Positions 23,153 through 36,000 of a stretch of 64,000 nucleotides of DNA are shown one piece after another (the first letter of the stretch is position 1; each line of letters begins with the position of its first letter). Both the position numbers and the translations under genes were made by a program. Source of the stretch: Pelomyxa schiedti (taxonomy: Eukaryota > Protista > Evosea). The DNA is taken from the NCBI GenBank assembly GCA_020536535.1, contig JAHLWZ010000199.1, positions 14,026 through 78,025 of the forward strand. The letters run 5' to 3'. The notes below the pieces were generated by a model that saw only the letters and a program-made list of their open reading frames with translations, did not search any database and was not told the DNA's origin.

Positions 23153-25650
23153 ATGGACGCCGTGACACTGCACATCGAAAAGTTTCAGGAAATAGTGCAG
23201 AGCCTGCTGCATTTTGATGTGCTCAAGTTGGGTGAGGCCAAAATAGCGATCAAGCAGTGCACGGACCACGAGTACAGGGTCAAGCGATACGATGTGAAGG
23301 TTTCGTTCTATGTGGACTACATACAGTTCCTCGTTGATCTGTTGAATCTGATGAAGGCCAGGCTGGATTTGAACGGTATGTTTTGGTTTTGGTTTTGGGC
23401 TTTGTATTTTTGTTTTGTCATTGATTTTTTTGCTCCTGTTTTTTTTTTATGGTGGGACTGAGGCATGTTTCAAGGTATCAATCATTCGGTCATTGCACCT
23501 CTTAAGGGATTCACTAGCAACATATTCACCAAAGCTATAAGGTAAGTTGATTGGGGTGTTCTTGGTGATGACACTGTTCCTAACTGTTGGTCTTTTGTTC
23601 AGCCGCTTCCCTACACACATGGAACTTGTGGAGGAACAAATCAAATTCAACCAGATGGAGATGCCTAGGAAGGTGTCTAGACTTCTGGCTCGGTAATATT
23701 CTGCCTGTTTTTTTGTGAGTGACTTAATTGTTTCTGGTAGGATTCTTCAGCGGTTCCCTACACAAGAAAAATATTGGCTCCATGCTATAGCCTGGGAGTG
23801 CAACGAAAACAAGAATTTCGAAAATGCACGCAGTGTGTGTTTTTGTATTCTTTCTTTACCTATTTACGTTGGCTATAGTTCTATTACAACGGGCTGTGAG
23901 AACAAATCCCAAGTCTTCCGTTTTGTGGGTCGAATTTATAAGATTTGAGTTGATGGTTCTCAGTTATTACACCAAAGTCACCATGTAAGGATTCAGATTC
24001 CACTTGCTCAATCTAAGTTGTACAAAGCGCAACACCGTATGCAGAGCTGTTAGTTGTTCCAATCACCATTTATAAGCACTCCCTTGAAGGTACCATTAGC
24101 TGGTTGAGAACATAACTAATTAACCTCAGCTGTTCCTCAATTGGATCACAGAAAAGCTATTTTGGGAATGTTGGAAGAATTTCCTACATCAGAACTTGTT
24201 CCCATGGTTTCTCATGCGTTTTTAAATCACTATCAATCCTTAAAAATACTACCAGGTAATAGAATCTATTCGAAAAGATTTTCCGGGTGACACCAAAGCA
24301 CTACTGACTGTAAGCAAGTGGTTTTGCACACACGAATCACTTGAATCAGGATTGGACGTCTTTGAACAAGAGATAATGGTAGCACTTTCGTCTTGTCATA
24401 GCCATTGTATTCACAGTTTTTTTCTTGCAAAGAGGTCTCCTCATCGCACAGAGTTATGGGCAGAATATGCAAATATGATACTCACGATAAATCTTCCACA
24501 AGTTTGTATTAGTGCCCTTTTTTTTGTTCCGCTAACATCACCTCAGGCCGAAAAGCTAAGGCTTAGTGCCTGGATTTTCCAAAGAGCAGGAAAATCGAGG
24601 GCTTTATCAGCTGAGCTTTATGGTAGGTACTGATCAATAACCCGAATTTTTCCCTTATTTTGCTTATTAGAAACCTGGCTTAAAATGCTGCAATTCCCAG
24701 AGCAGATCGAACTGGGGCTTAACATATGTGCTGTTGCTTGTGAAGCCCATCCAAGTACGACTTACTGGTCTATTACATGTATTTTTCTCTAGTACTGACC
24801 CATTTCCTTAGGTAGTCAAATCCTCTGGATGCACAGAATAACTTTATTGCTGCACAAATACAACGAAGAGCAGCAAAGTAAGATTACAGTGAAATAAAGA
24901 ACCTTCAAATATTCTTAGATTTTGGAGATGACAATCCAGAACAAATCTACGATATATTCAAACTGGCTATCAGTAAAGTTTATCCTGATGGACCTACTAA
25001 CCTCCTGTGGTTGCACTATATCTCATTGTGCATTTTGCACGGTCAACCATTTGAGAGCATCTTTTCCTTGTTTAAGGTTGGTGTTGCTATTTCAATTTTT
25101 ACCTTGAAGAGTTAATATCTAACAAGGAAGGCGTCACTCAATTAGCATCAACAGGCCAATCAAGGGAGGATTTATCAAGATACAAGGAAGATCTTATCAC
25201 TAAGGTGTACCAGGCTTTCGGCATCGAGGAAGCCCGGCAGTTGTATTCATGGTACTTTAATAATTACTTTGTCCTTGTGCACACTCACATACGAAATTGA
25301 TTCATGTAACCTCGAATTAGGTGTCTTCTGACGCACTGTGGCTTGATTGTATTCATGTGCATGATTTCGATTGAATCTAAGGAAATGGGACCGTCGGGTG
25401 ATAAACAGCGCCTCTTCGCGGTGTTCGAGGACGCTCTGGAAAGATATGGAACCAGTGAATCTGGTAATCCCACAAAACCATTAAAGCCAAGTAATAACCG
25501 AAGTTGGACACAGAATTGTGGTACGACTACTTCAAACTACTGCAGAATTCTGGAGAAATTGCAAAATCGGGACTCATATTCCAACGTGCCAAAAGAACAC
25601 TCACAGACCCTGCCGAGTTTATCCTTATCTGCGCCAAGGACGACTCATGA
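23153..25650 (+). CDS. UTP6: U3 snoRNA-associated protein 6 homologue (HAT repeats), multi-exon
   Basis: N-terminus EAKIAIKQCTDHEYRVKR..YVDYIQFLVDLLNLMKAR fits the UTP6 N-domain. HAT-like repeats (LQRFPTQEKYWLHAIAWE..NFENARS; ELWAEY). C-terminus IFQRAKRTLTDPAEF. Confidence 0.7.
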
Positions 25651-26340
25651 ACCAACTTGGATCAAGAACTGAGAAACCGCTACGGGAGAGATCTTGTGCA
25701 AACGCCTTAAATAAATTCTCCGTTTTTGTTTAAACGACAGACAAAAATTAATAAAATTTTGGGGGCAGGTCTCCGAGGTGATGTCCGGGACATAATGTCA
25801 AGGGCTTCCTTTTTTTCATTGCCCCTTCAATTTGGTTGTTATTTGGTAATTCCCTGCTTTTTCATTTCTTTTTCTTTGGCATATTACCCCTGCGCACTGG
25901 CGGTTACTTCGACAACCAACCAATTGCCCACAACTTAAAAAAAACCAGAGGGCGAAAGGCAGCTTGCGTGTCGTACACCAACAATATTTGCTGGCAATTG
26001 TGCACTACCTCTAAAGCACGAGTACACGTCGCAACGTAATCAGAGTTGCCTCAATAGAAAAGCATACTTCCAGCTTTGAATACACAATGCCTTCGCCGAA
26101 AGTTGATTTATCTCTCAGGTGCCCAAAATACCTCCACGCAATCATCCATTAAATAGCCAAGTAGGAGTGGCACTACCGTGTCGGCTGTTGTCTCTGCAAC
26201 AAAAAAAGAGACCTCGTTTCTTACACGCAAGTACCACCCCGTTCCCATTTATCATCGACTCGTCGCGTCACATAACGCATAAACCGTAATACAATAGCGG
26301 ATAAACAGCTCTTCTTTTCCATAACTAAAAACCCAGGCAC

Positions 26341-28809
26341 ATGAGCCAGAGAACCGCTCATAAACCTCATTTACGCGCGGCTCCGCGCACAGTTGTATGT
26401 AATGCACCGAACAGTCCTCAAATCTCTGGCTCCCCTCCGCGAAAGACTGGTGTGAAACCTGCAAACTGTGGTGATCAATCCCTTGGCTCTGTAAAGAGTG
26501 AAAGTGAAGAAAGAGTTGACACAGCAAGCAAAGCACACAAAATCAAGTCTGAAGACAACAGCGACACCGGTACCTGTACCGATACCAATACCGATAGCGA
26601 CAGTGCAGACTCCAAGGGCAGTTCAAGTGATACCTCTAAGTCTTCATCAGAAAGTGACAGTAGTCAAAGTGACACTGATACTAGCGGAAGTAGTGAAAGT
26701 GATTCCAGCAGTGGCAATGCTGGGGACAGTAGTGATGATGAAGAGGAGGAGGAAGAAGAGTACCGAGAGTGTGAGGACATGGTCCTGATGGTGCGTTTGC
26801 ACCTACAAAGACTGCAGATACGACGGTTGCAATTGGAGCATGAGCGCCTAATTGCTTTCGAGAAGAAACACAAGCCACTTCCCGAATCTGACTCGTCTTC
26901 AAAACCGAATCTTAAAGTAGTACCTCCAGTACATAGGGAACAGGAGGGACCTGAAGTTGTAGAATCTGATGAGTCACAATGTCAAACTGAAAGGAGGGAG
27001 AAACTAAGGACGAAGTCCTCTTCTCCCAAAGCCACTGAAAGTCATGGGACAGAGAAGATGAAGTTCGCAACGTCTGTGTGTGTGAATAGACCACCCAGGT
27101 CATCGCAGTCCTCCACTACTCCCCACATTTCCCTTCAGGAGGATGTCAATATACAGCCACTTCGCAGTAACACTGACCAAGCGCACCCAAGGAGTCCTGG
27201 ACAACTACAAAGCTCCTCCAAAAACGAGAACCCTACTGTAGTAACTAGATGTAATAAATTAAGCACCAGCCTACCTCCAAGTAATCCAATCCCAACAAAA
27301 ATCGCAACAAATACACCAAAGCCTTCACAACTACCAAATAGTGGATCGCTTTCCGGCATTAAAGATATCACACCGCTCAGACGACCAACAAGCAAAGCTC
27401 CTACGGTAGTTCCGCTGGTATCGAACCTGCGCCCAAAGCAACCGTCTCGCACTGTTGTAGTTGTGAGGAATCTCAAGGCCAATTCTCAACCAAGTAACAC
27501 ACAAACTACCTCCCAAAGTATCGAGGGTGATCCCAATAATGGAGGGCAAGATCCCTCCAAGCCATGCAAGGGGAAAACACCTGAAGACATACCTTGCACT
27601 CAAAGGACAGGCAGTAAGTTAGAGAATCAAACTTCTACACCAAGCCAAGTTGTACGCACTCCCGGCAGAATCTTAATTCGTACATCATCTTCCCACACAC
27701 TTACTGTATCATTTGATGGCCACGAGGTCCCGGACAATTCTAAGTCACATCACAATGGCACAGAAAGGAATCTCTGTGATGGCAAAGACAGATCTCCTGG
27801 TAGCAGCATCAATCGCTCTGAAGGTGTTGACGAGCCTCTTATGCCTTGTACTTTAGTTAGCTCAGTGACAACCGCCGTGCCTTTTCAAGTGTCCCCGCCT
27901 CTTTCGCCACTCCTTCGTACACCTTCACCTCCAACATTTACTCCCTCGCCACCCCTTTCTCCTCCTTCACCACTCCCTGATACACCATCACCTCCCATCT
28001 CAGCCAGTCAATCACCTCCACATGTCACTGTCAGCGGTGTGTGTAGTACCAAGTGCCCTGAAGTGGAAAACTTTGGAAATTTTGTAGGAACTAAAAGAGA
28101 GGCCCAGCATTCTCACTCAGAAGCGAACACGCAATGCCACAAGAAGCCTAAACCATCTCCAATACGATTTGTGTTCAAGTCCTCATTAAGGAAAGTCCCA
28201 ACGCCAGAAACGTCTACATGTACTTTGGAGCCGCCCAGCCCCAGTGCCCAGATAGTTGAAGAAGAGGTACGCTCCATTCCCACTCCCACTAATTCCTCTA
28301 ATAGCACATCCCAGACTTGGCACCACACTGCTCAATTAAGCAACTCTGTCATACCCGATACTGCTGATACTTGCCTGCAGCCTGACGTCGACACCCCCAC
28401 GAATACTTCCTGTGACACTTCACCCGTTTCCCAAGCGTCTTCTTCACCCGTTCTCTCGTCAACAGCCACTCCCGTTACCTCTGTTACTATTCCAGCGTTG
28501 CCGGAGTGGGACCTGTCAAGGCACGGGTCTGAAACAACCGCATCTCCGCCATCTCCTTGGCCAATTTTCCCACTACCGTCCAACTCAACCTCAATGCTCA
28601 TGGATGTATTGTGGGAACAAACTTCAACCTGGCGACCACTTTCCCCTGACACTCTCCCTTGGGATCCATGGTACGCAGAAGACACATTTCCTTGGGCCTG
28701 TGGACCAGAAGACCCAATGATCCTACCGGAATCCCTACCCATATACCAAACTCCCGAAACCTTAGGTACTACACTGTTACCTCTCCAACCCAGCACTGAT
28801 TGGACTTGA
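26341..28809 (+). CDS. Intronless 822-aa low-complexity, probably disordered protein of unknown function
   Basis: Uninterrupted 2.47-kb ORF with an S/D/E tract, a short coiled coil, P/S/T-rich regions and a Trp-rich acidic tail; no recognisable domain. Confidence 0.65.
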   Translation: MSQRTAHKPHLRAAPRTVVCNAPNSPQISGSPPRKTGVKPANCGDQSLGSVKSESEERVDTASKAHKIKSEDNSDTGTCTDTNTDSDSADSKGSSSDTSKSSSESDSSQSDTDTSGSSESDSSSGNAGDSSDDEEEEEEEYRECEDMVLMVRLHLQRLQIRRLQLEHERLIAFEKKHKPLPESDSSSKPNLKVVPPVHREQEGPEVVESDESQCQTERREKLRTKSSSPKATESHGTEKMKFATSVCVNRPPRSSQSSTTPHISLQEDVNIQPLRSNTDQAHPRSPGQLQSSSKNENPTVVTRCNKLSTSLPPSNPIPTKIATNTPKPSQLPNSGSLSGIKDITPLRRPTSKAPTVVPLVSNLRPKQPSRTVVVVRNLKANSQPSNTQTTSQSIEGDPNNGGQDPSKPCKGKTPEDIPCTQRTGSKLENQTSTPSQVVRTPGRILIRTSSSHTLTVSFDGHEVPDNSKSHHNGTERNLCDGKDRSPGSSINRSEGVDEPLMPCTLVSSVTTAVPFQVSPPLSPLLRTPSPPTFTPSPPLSPPSPLPDTPSPPISASQSPPHVTVSGVCSTKCPEVENFGNFVGTKREAQHSHSEANTQCHKKPKPSPIRFVFKSSLRKVPTPETSTCTLEPPSPSAQIVEEEVRSIPTPTNSSNSTSQTWHHTAQLSNSVIPDTADTCLQPDVDTPTNTSCDTSPVSQASSSPVLSSTATPVTSVTIPALPEWDLSRHGSETTASPPSPWPIFPLPSNSTSMLMDVLWEQTSTWRPLSPDTLPWDPWYAEDTFPWACGPEDPMILPESLPIYQTPETLGTTLLPLQPSTDWT

Positions 28810-29061
28810 CTTTCACCCTGACACTCAAACTTTCACCCAACCACAATGTTTTTTTAAGTTTAAGTCAATAAAATTAACAACGGGGATAGAAGCACCCAAA
28901 ACCAAGCCCAGTCACACCACGTGGGGCTAAGCTCAGCACCACTCACCTTGGGGTTCAATGTGAAATGCAACTGAAAGAGGAAAAAAAATACCCAAGTACG
29001 AGAGGGGGAGATTCATCTGCCAAATAAAATAAAAACAAATAAAAGTAAGACCGATTCGGTG

Positions 29062-32000
29062 ATGGAGGACTTACTACCGGTAATAAACAAACTGCAAGAC
29101 GTGTTCGCCACTGTCGGTGGTATGTTACCTAGTTATTGTTGTGCGTGTTACGCGTAAAAACAACCAAAAAAAAAAAAAACCGCCAAGTATTCATGAAATA
29201 ATGCAAGCACCTTAACAATCGCTTTGTACCAGGCAATGCTGACTCGATGATCGACTTGCCACAAATCGTCGTTGTTGGCAGTCAATCTGCGGGAAAGAGC
29301 AGTGTTTTGGAGAACGTGGTTGGACGCGATTTCCTGCCTCGGGGTTCTGGCATTGTCACACGGCGACCCTTGGTCCTTCAGCTCAGGAATGTGGCGAAGG
29401 GTACCAGGCCCCACGTCACTTCCACGGGAATACCTCAGCACGCCGCTCACAACGGCCCACTGCCACAAACACCTGCTTCCACAATATCGCCACCCAACCA
29501 GATGCAAATGCAAACACCCACTCTTATGCAATCCCAGCTGGGCAATGCTGCCCCGGCAACTCCTGCCAAGCAACCTATGGTACTACAAAGAGGTGGCGCG
29601 GCAGTACAACCACAACCCACAGCACAAGCTATAGCCAATAGGTCTACAGCAGCAAGAACTCCCGCAGCTAACCTTCCAGCTCCTCCCCAGAGTACACCTT
29701 CCAACATTCCCGCTCCCCCAGTCCAAAGTGATGCTGAGGAGTGGGGCGAGTTTCTCCATAGGCCTGGACAACTTTTCACCAATTTTAATGACATAAGAGA
29801 TGAGATCGTTGCCGAAACTGATAGGATGACAGGTTTTCCACTTACTTTTTTAAGTTCTCTTTTTAACGTCATTTTTCCCTCCTCAAACAAAGGGAAGAAT
29901 AAGGGCATTTCATCCAAGGCTATAACACTAAAAATTTCCTCACCACATGTCGTAAATCTTACACTTGTTGACCTTCCTGGCATTACAAGGGTTTCTTTCT
30001 CGTTCAATGCAATAAATTTTTGTCAACACACTTTAGGTACCAGTTGGTGATCAACCAACTGACATTGAGCAACAAGTGAAGCGCATGGTCACAGAGTATG
30101 CGTGGCTGTGTAAGAATTTTCCATTAATCATATTCAGGTACATTATGAAGCCAAATAGCATTATTTTAGCTGTAACGGCGGCCAACGTTGACTCTGCCAC
30201 ATCTGATGCTCTTCAGATGGCCAGAATGGGCATGTTCCTTCGCGATGTTGCCCATTCTAATATGTACTAGTTGATCCTCAGGGTGTGAGGACACTCGGGG
30301 TTATCACTAAGCTAGATTTGATGGTAACTTATCCCCCTCAGCCACCTTTTTTTCCTAAGTTCACATAGGACAAAGGAACTGATGCCATGGATATGTATTG
30401 TTCCACTTAGCAGTCTATTCCTTTTATAAATCACTATTAGTTTCACTGGGAGATCAATACCTCTTAGCCTGGGATACATAGGTATTATAAATAGATCCCA
30501 GGAAGACATTAATGCAGGGAAACCAATAAGACAAGCTCTCGGTAAACCTATTTTTCGTGCCTCTGTCCCTAATTGAACAGAGGATGAAAAGAAATTCTTT
30601 GCGAGTCATCCCATCTACAAATCCATAGCAAAAAGGCTTGGCACCCAGCATTTATCATTTACTCTCAACCGAGTATGCCACTTAATTTTTTCAGCATTTC
30701 CTGACTTTTTACCAGATCCTTCTTAATCACATTCGCGATACAATTCCCGATCTTAAAGTAAAAGTGAATAAACTTCTTGCTGGTATTCCCTTCGGCCTTG
30801 TACCTTGCCAAGTTAATTGTTGAACAAAAGATGCAAAAGCGGAATACTCCCAGTATGGTGACCTTATTTCTTGCAACGGAGGAGAGGTGTCTGCTTTGTA
30901 TGTTTCTGTCTGGAAACCTACTCTTCCTAGGGAGCACTTCTGTTACAAATTTTGACGAAATTCTCTAATGATTTTTGTGCTATCATCGACGGAAAGTCAA
31001 TTGGAACTCAGCAGATTTCCCTTACTGAATTGTAATTGTCTGTAGATTTTTTGTTTTGCCTAACTTTGAAAACAGAACTGGTGGTGCACGAATCAGTTAC
31101 ATTTTCAATGAGATATACTCCTACTGTTTGAATGGGATGGATCCACTAAGAGACCTCACCCCCCATGATTTGAGGACAGTCATAAAAAATGCTACAGTTG
31201 ACATCCCCTCCTATTTTTGTAAAGTTAATTTACCCTCAGGGCCCACGTGCGTCACTCTTCATTCCAGAGTCATCATTTGAGTTACTTGTGAAGCAACAAG
31301 TTTCAAAGCTGGAATCACCAAGCATCGAGGTATTTAATAATTTCATATTTGCCCCAGAACTGATTGGTGTTACAGTGTTCTGATCTCGTTTATGAAGAAT
31401 TAATACGTATTGTGACACAACTTGAAGCCAAAGTAATTCCTTGGAGCTGAATTCAATTTAACCTCAGCAGGATTTAGCAAGATTTCCTGTTCTGAGACAA
31501 GCTGTTGTTGAAGTAGTGAATGCATTACTTTCTTCCAACAAAACCCCCGCTCAGACTATGATATCTGACCTGATTAAAGTATGTGTACTTTAAGCACTAA
31601 TATTACCTTACCTCGTAACAAGATTGAATTGGCATACCTAAACACATCACATCCCGATTTTGCTCTCGCCCAATCCATGCAAGTTGTTTCCCAACAGATG
31701 AGTGCAAAAGAGGAGGTAAACTCTTGTTGGGCTTTTCTGCTGTAACTGACTAACACCCCAGGCCACTGCTACCTCGACCGTTAATAGCGCAATAGCTACA
31801 GTTAAAACGAATGCGGCACAAGCTTCCCAATCAGTTCAGAACTTTGCACAGTCCCATCGGCCCAATACTTCCTCTTCAGCCACACCAACTCCTGGTGGAC
31901 CTGAGCCTCTTCCCCCTAAACCCAAACCAAAGACCTCGACGACACCTGCGGGTCCTGTGAAGCCTAGTGTACCAGTTCGTCACCCCCTCCCATTGTATAT

Positions 32001-32921
32001 GCCACAGAACTTGTAACTTCTTTTCCCAAAAGCAGTGCCCCATTTGCAATGAACAATTACCTGATGAACCTTCTATAGTCAATGCCCACGTCGATAACTG
32101 TCTGGCGAAAAAGAATCGTGTATGCTCTTATGTCTTGCGTAGTTATGTTTTTTTTTCCGACTTCATTTAGCAACCACCACAAACAACATTTTTGGGACAA
32201 TGGTTCGGCCACAACAAGGTATTCTTTCATTTTCCTTTCACACCCATTCACACTCACTAATACAGGGACCGGAGCAAAATGAGGTTGCCGCACAAGATAT
32301 GCTTCAGGATTCAAAACAGAAAATGCACCAGCAACAACTACAACAAGCAGCTTCGAGAGGACCAACAGCTTCCAGTCCCCCACCACAACAACAACCAGCC
32401 CAAGATACACGCACTGATTCTGTTGTTCATCAAGACGGTTTAATGTTTTCTGTGCGTTTTCCCTATTACACAAATCCTTAATTAATTTTCATGCATTTGA
32501 CCAGATGCCCAATTCACTGTTCCCTGGTGAGGTAACAGAAAAGGACAAATTCGAAGCCGAACTCATCAGTTAACACCCAACCATTCTCTTACAACTTTAA
32601 TTCGTTCGATAGAGTACTTATTGAGATCCTACTTCGATCTTGTGCGTAAAAATATTATGGACACAGTACCCAAGGCCATTATGCATTTCCTTGTAAATTC
32701 CACTAAGGAGTCACTACAAAACGAACTTGTAAGAGCGTTGTATAAACCGGAGAAATTTTCCGAACTCCTCGCGGTATCTCTATTTCTCTGTCTCTTTTTG
32801 GACTAAAACCGTATAGGAATCACCCCAAGTTGCTCAGAAAAGACAACTGTGTAAAGCTAAACTGGACACACTACAGAAAGCAGCGGATATCATAAGCGAA
32901 GTTCGCGATTTTTCCTTTTAA
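29062..32921 (+). CDS. dymA: Dynamin-related GTPase (DymA/Drp1/Vps1 class), multi-exon
   Basis: [63 protein letters not shown], middle domain GGARISYIF, and [37 protein letters not shown]. Confidence 0.92.
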
Positions 32922-33045
32922 TGCAACACACATGTAGAAAAATAAGACAATTCAGTCCAAAATCCATTTCTTCCTTTTCCTTGTTGCCAATACGGCATCA
33001 CCAAAACCAAAAGATACGCAAAAACTACAGTCGGAATGTTGTTTT

Positions 33046-36000
33046 CTACAGAGCACTGGATAGGGGTGTTGAATGTGATGGTGAAGGGAATGCCGCAGTG
33101 CCCCTGGGTGTGGGTGATTGTCTGGGTGTTTGCCGGCTGTCAAAACCGTCAATGCCGGTGGTGAAGGAGCGTGGTGTGTTTGGCCCCAGTGTGCTACTGA
33201 GTGTGGCTGGTTTGTGTGGTCTTGGTTTGGTGAGTTCATTGAGTTGAAGCTGGCGACTAGCTATTTCCGTTTTGAGTGATGCGTTTTCCGTTTCGGATTC
33301 TTTGAGTTTCGCAGAGAGTTTTTGTACTTGTAGGCTGAGGTTGTCAACCTAAAAAGTGGAATTATAACCTGGTTGGTGAGGTGAGTCTGAACTACCTTTC
33401 GGTAAAGAGAACTTTCTGTTAATTGCTTTGCTTTCTGAGATGGTAGTTGAGATGCGAACTCAGCTGCCTTCATTTGCCTTGGAATAAAGGTTATCGAAGA
33501 GGAACATATTTTCTTTTGAAAGGTAGATTACCTATAATATAGTTGGCTATCCATTTCAAGTTGGTAGTTCTTTGCTTCTAATTCGGCCAACTGTGCACTC
33601 AATTTATTAAGCTTCGCTATGTAACTTGGGCTTATGTGAGTGGGAGGAACCAAACCACCAGGAGGATACGTGCCTGAATGCGCACGGGCACGGCTGGGGG
33701 TGAGATTGCACTTGCATAACGTGGGTGGTAGTTGTCGTGAGAGTGTTAGATTCACTCAAGTTTTCAAGACTTGTTGGCTCAAAGGGTGTTGCTTGAACAC
33801 TAGACGAATCCCCATCAGGCTCAAGTGTTGCAGGTGTATCCTGACGAGAAGAATGGTGCTCTTCTGGTGTTCTTCTCTTTTCCCATACAAAGAGATTAAA
33901 AAATTAAGTGCAAAGTTGAACGAAGTACAGCTGTTAAGGGAGAACTGCCATCGACAGTCATTGACATATTGGATAACTTCCAGGTTTTTTCCCGTTCCGT
34001 CAGCACCCTGATTATCTCCTTCAAACGAGGGAATTGAATAACCAAACAACTATTTGAGAAGTACTTGATCACGCTCTCTCTCAGAGGACAAAGTATTACA
34101 CTTGTTCTTCCAGTTATCTATTTGAATTTGAACTTGTCTAATTGACGTTATATGAAAGTTCTCTTTGGTGAATAGAGGCTCACTGGAGTTGAGTTTTTGT
34201 CTCCTGAAGTTCATGGAGAAGACAGGAGTTATCTTTACGCAAACTAACCCTACAAGAAATAAGCAGAAATGATACTAAGGAGGATATACAATGTTTTTTT
34301 ATTGTCAATGTTCTGAAGAAGAGAATCATTAGAAAGGGTCTAAATGAAAATCAATGTTACCTCTCGCAGAGAATCTTCCTGTAAGGGAAAAAAATGTAGT
34401 GAGGAAAGTGACACTTGGTGAGATCTCACAAACCTTCTGGGTTAAAACAATGGAGGATACTTCTTGTTTGAGTTGAGTTATAGTAGTTACAGACACAGTC
34501 AAGTCATTTCTCAATTTAGCGGAGATCTTTTTTTCTTTCACCAATTCTTGTTGTGTCAGCTCTAGCTGCTTAGTCAATTCGATTATTTGTTTTTCTAACA
34601 TGACTGTAGAAGAAGTTTGAGCTAACTCTGACCGTAGTTCTTGTACTTGACGTGAGAGGGCAGTGTTTTTTTGTGTTAACTCATGGTGTTGCTTTGTTAA
34701 CTGCTCATTCGATACTGATAACCGTTGCAACTGCTCGAGAAGCTCACGATGTTTTAAGAGTAGAGATTTCTTCTGAATGTCAGCTTCTCTCTGTGCACAT
34801 TCAGCTCTCGATTCAATATCTCTCAGTTGTTGTTCACGGAGTTGGAGTGCATGAACTTTCTGTGAGACAGTCTCCTTCTGCACAGTTATTTCCTTGAAAG
34901 CCAGCTCTTTTTGCTTCTCCGTATCCTTTTTCATTGTTTCCCTCTCTCTCAAAATCTCCTTTTCGAATTCGGCTTTTTTCTGTGCTAATTCCTTCTCACA
35001 TTGATATCTGAGATTTGCTAACAATCTATCAGCTAACTCACGTTGTTGGAGTACGGCCTTTTCTGCGATCTCCTTCTGCCGAATGAGGTCCATGTTGGCG
35101 TCGCGCTGCTTAGCCAACTCTCTCTCGAGGGCATCTTTTTGTCTTACCAGCTCCTTACTAATAGCATCGTGAGCTGACACCTCACGTACTGCATCTTGCA
35201 ACTGTTTTGACAGTCCCGTAAAGCCAGATTCACTATGTACTTCCAGTTCCCTTATCCTGCTTTCCAAGGTTTGTACCAGCATTTGTTGCTCACAAAGTTC
35301 TTGTGTCTTCTGTTGAAGTTGGAGCTCGCGTTCTGCTAATTGTGATACTATGTTTGCTTGTTCTGGAAAGTAGTTGGAGGTTTCATCAGACTGGTGTTTT
35401 TGCCGTTCGACTTCTTTACACATTACCTCCAGTTTGGCTTGAAGGTTGCTCTCGTGTTCTCTTGCCTGTTGCTTGTGGTGCTCAAAATCACTTCTTGTGG
35501 TTTCTAGTGTTCTTTCGGTTGCCTCTAATTCTGCACATTTTGTACCAAGACAAACTTCGATTTCCTTGGATTTCCTTGTCAGATCCACAATCAATTGCTT
35601 GTCTTTTTCTGTTGTCCCACAGGTGCACACATGACTTTCTGAATCTCTTTTTGCTTGAGCGAAACTTGCCTCTAGCTTAAAAACTTGATCTCTCAGATGC
35701 TCTCTTTCTCGCGAATATTCATCGTTTGTTTTAGTCAATTTGTCAACTGTTGCCTTCGCAGAGTTCAACTCTTGGGAAATGAGTTTTCTTTGCAACCCTT
35801 CCTCGTCAGAGATGTGCTGTTGTTCTAGTAACTGCGCTTCCAACTCTTCCAATCTAGCTTTTATTGTACTCCTTGCAGTCAAATGATTGACTACTTCCCC
35901 TCTGAGTTTTGCTAGCTCAGCGTGAAGTCTACTTCTTTCCATTCTATGGCTCTCTTCCTGTTGTTCTGCTTGGGTTTTTTCATTCTGGAGAGCGAGGGTG

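Noticed and set aside
25750-26330. Possible small three-exon ORF on the minus strand (MEKKSCLS...)
   Set aside because: About 65 aa, no motif, and dependent on chosen splice sites; unsupported.
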